A stretch of 64,000 nucleotides of DNA, taken from contig NW_005434616.1 of NCBI RefSeq assembly GCF_000315625.1, positions 62,001 through 126,000 on the forward strand. Reading direction: 5' to 3'. Every line of letters begins with the position of its first letter. Within the stretch, counting starts at the first letter, position 1. Under the pieces are notes generated by a model. It saw only the letters and a list, made by a program, of their open reading frames with translations, was not told the origin of the DNA and made no database searches. Positions 57,800-64,000 of this stretch are shown here, piece after piece. The stretch is from Guillardia theta CCMP2712 (Eukaryota > Protista > Cryptophyta). The position numbers and the translations under genes are program-made.

Positions 57800-60700
57800 A
57801 ACACACGATTTTACTTGACAAAAATGAATCAACGTCACGAGTATCTTTAGAGATACCAACGAGACGGAAAGCAACACTGAAAGCTGGACGGCTGCTCTCA
57901 AGGTGCTTACATGCCTCTGACCGCTGAACTGCTTCTGAGCCCGGGCCTGCATCCTGGCGTTCCTCCTGCACTTGCCCTGCCTCTGGGAGCTGCTGAGCGT
58001 CTTGGCGTTCCTCCTGCACTTGCCCTGCCTCTGGGAGCTGCTGAGCGTCTTGGCGTTCCTCCTGCACTTGCCCTGCCTCTGGGAGCTGCTGAGCGTCTTG
58101 GCGTTCCTCCTGCACTTGCCCTGCCTCTGGGAGCTGCTGAGCGTCTTGGCGTTCCTCCTGCACTTGCCCTGCCTCCGGGAGCTGCTGAGCTTCCTGGCGT
58201 TCCTCCTGCACTTGCCCTGCCTCTGAGACAGCTGGGAGACATCACCTCAAGATTGTTGAAGCTCATCCTTGTGCTCGCTTGGCTTCGAGACTTGACCTTG
58301 AACCACACGCTATTTTCCTGGTGCGCTGAAACATCGATCATTTTCTCATGGAAGGCCGTGGCGAATTGCAAGATGCATTCCAACTCATCGGTGCAGAGCT
58401 TCTGAATTTGCCTCCACAAGCGCTCCGGGATCGTGATCATGTCCAAGTCTCTCTCCTTCAGAGTCTTCTTGAGGACCACGATAATGAAGTTTTCCAACGT
58501 CATGGACCTGTATGGCAGCTCCTGGTTGTCCTGACTAGAATCCATCCCCAGTTGCTCACTCCAACGCTCTTGCATACTCTCTGGCGAATGCCGGGGCCTG
58601 TTGATCCTCCTGATCAGCGGGCTTTCTTCATCGCTTCCATTTTCTTGGCTTATCTCTTCTCGTCTCCTCTTCCTTTGGTTCATCTCTGTCACGCAGCCCT
58701 GCCTTGCCAAAAGCCTCGTTTGACCCTCGTGCTGCTGCTGGACGTCAGTCTCCTCCTCCTCCTCCTCCTCCTCCTCCTCCTCGCCTCCAGCCTCCTCCTC
58801 CTCATTGCCTCCAGCCTGCATCTCCTCGTCCTGGCTGTCCTTCTCCTCGTCCTGGCTGTTCCCATCCTCGTCCTGGCTGTCCCCATCCTCGATGTCCCCT
58901 TCCTCCTCCTCCTCGCCCCTATCCTCTTCCTGCTCGCTTTCAGCCTCTTTTGTCTGCATGCTTTCAGCCCTGTCATTCGTCCTGTTCACAACGTTGACCT
59001 GCACTACCGTCCCGTCATGCTCATGCTCTTTGATGTATGTCTCCTCAACTATCTCCATCTCCACCTCCACTTTCTCCTCGTCGCGTTCCTGCAGCTCCTG
59101 CTGAAGCTCATTTTGCCTTTTCGTTTTCTCTTCCACTTCGTCCTGCCGCAAGTTCATTACCCGGGGTTGTGTGGAGTAGAGCACCTGCTGCTGGTCCGCT
59201 TGCCCCTCTTCCTCCTCTTCAGTATCCTGTTCATCCCCATTTCTTCTCATCTCTCCTTCCGGCCGTACATTGAAGAGCCTCGACTGATCATTGCTTGTCT
59301 CTGTCGGCAGCTGAGGGTGTCTCTTACCAGCTTCTGCACCCTCCGTGACCCCACGCAGACCCGCTGGTGGGTCAGCGGCAACTGTTGATGTCCGAGGCCG
59401 GTTTTGAAAGGATGACCCTGCAGGTGCCGATTCCGATGGCATCGACTCTTTGAGCGCCGAGCAGACCACTCCTTCTCCTCTCCGTTGGGCAACGAATGCC
59501 AAGTCAAGACATATGTTCTTGAAAATTTCGATGTCACGTTCATCGACGTCGCTCTTGCTCATCAAGTTTGACATGTGAGATGCCCTCTCCTGACGTGACA
59601 TGGTCAATTTCTTCGTCCTGATTAGGTCCTCCATCTCGTCCTCATAAACGATGACGAAGGTTCCGTCGTCAAGGGAATTGGGCATCTTGAAGCAGTAGCC
59701 GTGCTTCATCACATCATGTTGAATGCACGGCAAACCCTCAAGCTCCTTGATGATGCTGTCAGCCTGCAAACTCTCGCGTGAACAAAAATGCGGGATTGGA
59801 TTCGAGATCACCGTCGAGACAGTTTGCGTCTCCGCAGGATTTGACGCGTTGGATCCGCTGCTGTCACATGCAGTCAGGCCATGGGAGAGGGAGAATCCAT
59901 TTCACCTCTCGCTTTCCGGGGAAGAGGTGTCCTCGCTCTCACGGTTCTCAGTCTCTTTCCTTGTCTTCGATCCGCTCCCATCCCTATGCGAGCCTCGTCA
60001 GCGTTTGCGTGATGGGAGGGACAGAGTCCTTACTGTGGTTGCGATGGATCAACTGAGTCACCAAGAGCCAAGGCAACTCCGGCTCCAGCTGCTTCAGAGC
60101 CTGTTGCCTCACTCTCTCGACGCTTCTTGATAGAGCTGCAATCATCTCAGGGGCGGCAGGGAGGAAACGACAACCTACTGCTCTCCCTCGTCGTCTTGCT
60201 GTCGTTTCCTTTTGTTGGACGCGGATGAGTCGCTGGTGGGCCAAGAGTGATGAGGAGCGCGAGGGACTAAATTGTTTGACTCACCCCCTCATCGTTGTGC
60301 TCGCCGTCGAGCCTTTACCCGAAAAATCGCTCAACCATGACTCGATCAAACTGCAATGCCATCAGCTTCTAACCCCGCAGTCATCCGCTCATAACCTCTG
60401 CTTGATGATGTCATGGACGGAGGCTGTATTGTCGCTGCATCATGAAAATCAGCTTCAGCTGGTGGTTTCGAAACCCTCGGCTTACTCTTGGTTTTCGACC
60501 GTTCTTGGGGCTGCAAAGGAGGTCGAGCTTGGTTGACCTCGCGCAGCCAACTTCATTTTCATGGACAGCCTATGCTTTCTGCTCCAGAGGTTGAAGAAGT
60601 GCAACACGTTGCTGCGAAACTGTTTGTGCTGCTGTTTGATAGGCTTGCGCAACAAAAAGCTTCTCATCTCGTTCTCCTCCAAGTCCTCGCTGTCGCCATC

Positions 60701-61016
60701 ATGATAGATGATGCGGTAGAGCGGGGGCTCAGTTGCATTTCCGGGCAAGACGCCGGTCACCTGCGACAGTTATGAGGATTTGAAGGATAGAGCATCTGAG
60801 ATGACAGCGCACCAGGCCAAGGTAATCCTTCTTGAAAAAACGCTTGACAACATACTTGCCCAAATACCTGCGGCTGCCTTTGTAAAATTTTTTTTTGGCG
60901 TGGAGGTCAAGGGCAACAAACTCCTTGCGATCCGAGATGTTCTGTGATTCAAGATCATTGTTGATGTTGGAGTCGTCGAAGATGTACTCCATTGCAATGT
61001 TCTGCATGCCTTCCAT
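57800..61016 (-). CDS. PTM/DIR17-like Tudor-domain protein with long acidic region and C-terminal 16-aa tandem repeat (ends approximate)
   Basis: YLGKYVVKRFFKKDYLGL|VTGVLPG...LYRIIYHDGDSEDLEENEM. 634-aa ORF at 57907-59811 with poly-Glu. Confidence 0.7.
57955..58222. repeat. 48-bp minisatellite, ~5.6 near-identical copies
   Basis: Unit CTGGGAGCTGCTGAGCGTCTTGGCGTTCCTCCTGCACTTGCCCTGCCT. Confidence 0.97.
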
Positions 61017-61429
61017 CCTGAAGGTTCGATTGTTCTCCGTAAGGTTCGAGATGTTTGATTCGTAGATGAACACGAAGAAGTGCGGGCCCAAGATAGGACG
61101 TACAACTGAAGAACTCTAAGCACGGGAGGGACGGGAGGGAAGGGATGGAAGGGAGGGTAGAGGAAGTTGCGAGGGTTGGTGGGGGGGAGCTACTTGCGTG
61201 GGAGGGCAGGAGAGTTTGGCGCAGGTGATGGGTCCCAGTCTGAAGTAGGGGAGATAAGCCTCTCAAGGGGATTTGCAAGGGGCTCTAGAAAGGGTGGGTG
61301 GTCAAACAGATGATGATGTTTGGGGCCGTGAATGGGTGCTACCAGCGGTAGTTACAGCTTCCTACAAGGGTGGTGGGGTGGAGGAGAGACATTGACAGGG
61401 TAGTTGAGGGAGGGTGGGGTAGGGCTCCA

Positions 61430-61830
61430 TCCTGACGGTCAGGCGGCAGTGAAGCATGTACGCACGGTCGGAGTTTGACCAGCAGTGGGGGCCCTCAGAG
61501 TATGACCACCGACTGAGGCCGGGCCAGGCCGGGCCCGGTGGTCACCGGGAAGGGGGGGGGGGCCGATTCACTGGTTGACTCAGCGGAGCGGTCGGGCGGG
61601 TGGGGGACTCACTTTTATCCGAGCCTGAGGATCATCAAATTTTTGCAGCTGAGCAATCGGATCAAGACCGGCGACTTAGGCACAAGATGACCTCCGAGTC
61701 TGGCTAGCGGCGCCGCCCCGGGCGGCGGCGCACGGCCCGGCCCGCGGCCCGCGTTTGCCAACTTGAACGGGCGTTGAACCGATGACCCTCTGCCCGGCCA
61801 CTGCCGCTTTGTCAACGCGCTATACCGGGC
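61430..61830. repeat. GC-rich non-coding island
   Basis: GGCCGGGCC and CACGGCCCGGC words shared with 7760-8345. Confidence 0.55.
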
Positions 61831-62036
61831 TTACCCGCATCCCCACGCAATCCTTGGATGTTTGTTGCGCCTTGCTGCAATTGCGATTTCCTGCACTGAA
61901 ACTCACCCACCCCCTCCTGAAAAGGTACCCCTTAGATATCATACAAACATACCGGTACTAGACCCTTTTATTGCGAGTTCCACCCCTGTGGTTGCAGCTC
62001 GGTTGCGGCTGGTTGCCGGCACCCGCCCGCATTAAT

Positions 62037-63642
62037 ATGCTGTCGTTGCGACGGATAGGTGAGATATGAGATGCCGGCGAAGAAGAAGAAAGAGGAGGAG
62101 GAGAAGGACAGAGAGAATGAGCAACAGAAGGAGAGAGAGAGAGAGGGGGGGAGAAAGGGAGGGAGGGAGAGAGAGGGAGGGAGGGAGAGAGAGAGAGAGA
62201 GGGAGGGAGGGAGGGAGGGAGGGAGGGAGGGAGGGAGGGAGGGAGAGAGGATGAGAAGGAGAGAGAGAGAGAGAGAGGAGGAGAGGAGGAGGAGAAGTTA
62301 GAGAGAGTATGATTTGGAGAGGGAGAGGACGAGAAGAAGAAGGAGGAGAGAGAAGAGAGGAGGAGGAGCAGGAGGAGGAGAAGGAGGAGGAGGAGGAGGA
62401 GAGAGAAGAGAAGAGGAGGAGCAGGAGGAGGAGGAGGAGGAGGAGGAGAGAGAGGATGAGAAGAGAAGGGGTAGAAGGAGATCCCTCTTATGGTGCAATA
62501 TCGATCTCTTACCTTGATGTGAGCAGCTGTGACCACAAGGAATCTCCCGTTCTCCACAATCCAGGGAATCAGATCCCTTACAACCAAAGCATCCTACAAC
62601 AACATCCTTGTCGAAAAGCGGGGGAAAGTTGCCCTTCTTACATTGAACCGGCCGAAGGCGCTCAATGCTTTGAACAGCGAATTGATGTGATCTTGGTTGT
62701 GTTTGGCATGTCTTTGGTCTGACATCTTTTTAGGAATGAACTGCAAGATGCTATGAGCACCTTGGATACCGACTCAGGCGTTGGGGCATTCGTTCTCACA
62801 GGTGTTTCTAAACCGTGTGCCACCTTACCAACACAAAGCTTGACAGGGAGCGAGAAAGCATTTGCGGCAGGAGCGGATATCAAAGAGATGTCTTCCAAGA
62901 CCTTTGTTGGTATTATCCCATGTGACCTTTGAGCTGTCATTCACTCGTCATCGGCAGACACTTACAAGGGGAATTGGCTGTCTAACTGGGGCTCTATCAG
63001 CCGACTCAGGAAGCCCATCATTGCTGTGAGAACCGCTTTCCTGCCTCCTCGTCTTGCACTCAGAGTGCACTTAGGCTGTGAACGGCTACGCTCTTGGCGG
63101 TGGATGCGAAGTTGCCATGATGTGCGATATCATCTATGCGGGGGACAACGCTCGTTTTGGACAACCAGAAATCACGATAGGGACCATTCCGGGAGGTGAG
63201 GAGCAGTGAGGGAACAATTGAGAATGACACCGGGCGCAGGGGGAGGGACACAAAGACTTATTCGTGCGATCGGCAAAGCACGAGCCATGGAGATGATCCT
63301 GACAGGAGAGCAGATGACAGCAGAAGAGGCGTTGAGGTCTGGCCTCGTTGCCAAAGTGTTTCCAAAGGAGGAGACGGTTGCCAAGGCGATCGAGACGGCC
63401 GAGAAGATTTCTTCCTTCTCACAGAATCACGTCATTATGGCAAAAGAGGTGAACGAATCTCGTGCCGTGTTCACTTCTGAATTCGTTTGCTGCAGGCTGT
63501 GAATCAGGCCTACGAGGTCGGACTACAGCAGGGACTGCTCTTCGAGCTCCGATCGTTCTGGACTACTTTTGCCACGGAAGATCAGAAGGAAGGGATGGCT
63601 GCATTCATCGAGAAAAGGAAACCAAACTTTCGAGACCAGTAA
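62037..63642 (+). CDS. ECHS1: Enoyl-CoA hydratase, mitochondrial short-chain type
   Basis: [85 protein letters not shown]. Confidence 0.95.
62075..62480. repeat. Polypurine (GA/GGA/GGGA) tract inside the first intron of the enoyl-CoA hydratase gene
   Basis: About 400 nt that is almost purely A/G. Confidence 0.9.
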
Positions 63643-63715
63643 GAACCCAAGGTCAAGATGGATGGTTTGTTGAAGATCGTAGGTATGGAATACAAGAAAT
63701 GAGACATTCAAAGCA

Positions 63716-64000
63716 TTATGGTCGTCTCCATTGGTAGGGCGACGAATCTAGTGACCCAAGGACGTTCACGCTTGGCTCTCCTGGTCCCCTCCACTTGTAA
63801 GGCTCGTCCTTCAAGCCTTCAACCGGGTTTGCCTCCGGTACTGCGGCACCTTTCCACTTGTAGGGGGAGTCGTCCAATGCGTCAAGAGGACTCTTGTCCG
63901 GCTGTACTCCCTTCCAGACGTACTTTGAGGCGTCAAGCGCGTCCAAAGGCGACTCATCCTGCTGATAGCCTCCCCACTGATGTACTGAGTCATCCAGGCT
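63716..64000 (-). CDS. C-terminal part of a ~20-aa tandem-repeat protein (5' partial)
   Basis: SLDDSVHQWGG / SPLDALDASKYVWKG / SPLDALDDSPYKWKG / NPVEGLKDEPYKWRG / NVLGSLDSSPYQWRRP*. Confidence 0.75.
   Translation of the reverse strand, partial: SLDDSVHQWGGYQQDESPLDALDASKYVWKGVQPDKSPLDALDDSPYKWKGAAVPEANPVEGLKDEPYKWRGPGEPSVNVLGSLDSSPYQWRRP

Noticed and set aside
57955-58222. Regular repeat array as a possible CRISPR
   Set aside because: The units are contiguous with no unique spacers, there are no cas genes, and the context is a eukaryotic coding region.
58348-59388. 346-aa Leu-rich plus-strand ORF
   Set aside because: It is the antisense shadow of the Glu-rich minus-strand exon (GAG reads CTC).
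61958-62722. Several low-complexity ORFs on both strands
   Set aside because: They derive from the intronic polypurine tract of the enoyl-CoA hydratase gene.

Overview
Eukaryotic nuclear DNA: gene-dense, roughly 50-55% GC, with many short (~40-70 nt) GT-AG introns that have CTGAC/TTGAC-like branch points. A bipartite plastid presequence with an A-F cleavage motif and the repeat landscape suggest a cryptophyte alga such as Guillardia theta (inference). I can support about 25 protein-coding genes, in almost strictly alternating orientation. Recognisable ones are a fructosamine kinase-like protein, TlyA methyltransferase, a zeta-toxin-like P-loop kinase, a Clu-LRR-C2 protein, COG6, a gamma-butyrobetaine dioxygenase-like protein, YunC/DUF1805, a WD40-AAA-TM-ARM giant, CCDC12/Cwf18, homoserine dehydrogenase, a TPR protein, TruB, a beta-helix protein, an alpha/beta hydrolase, a Tudor-domain acidic protein and enoyl-CoA hydratase. 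The best leads, most not shown intact in the ORF track, are: a spliced SPIRAL1/Jupiter-motif protein with tandem SH3-like barrels; an intron-containing YunC; a 57-aa strongly codon-biased micro-protein; a myristoylated WD40/pseudo-AAA/membrane/ARM protein; and ubiquitin-tail-like (L)RGG motifs in several presequences. I saw no rRNA, tRNA, CRISPR array or transposase. There is one 100-N gap. Splice models were built by eye and gene ends are approximate where stated.
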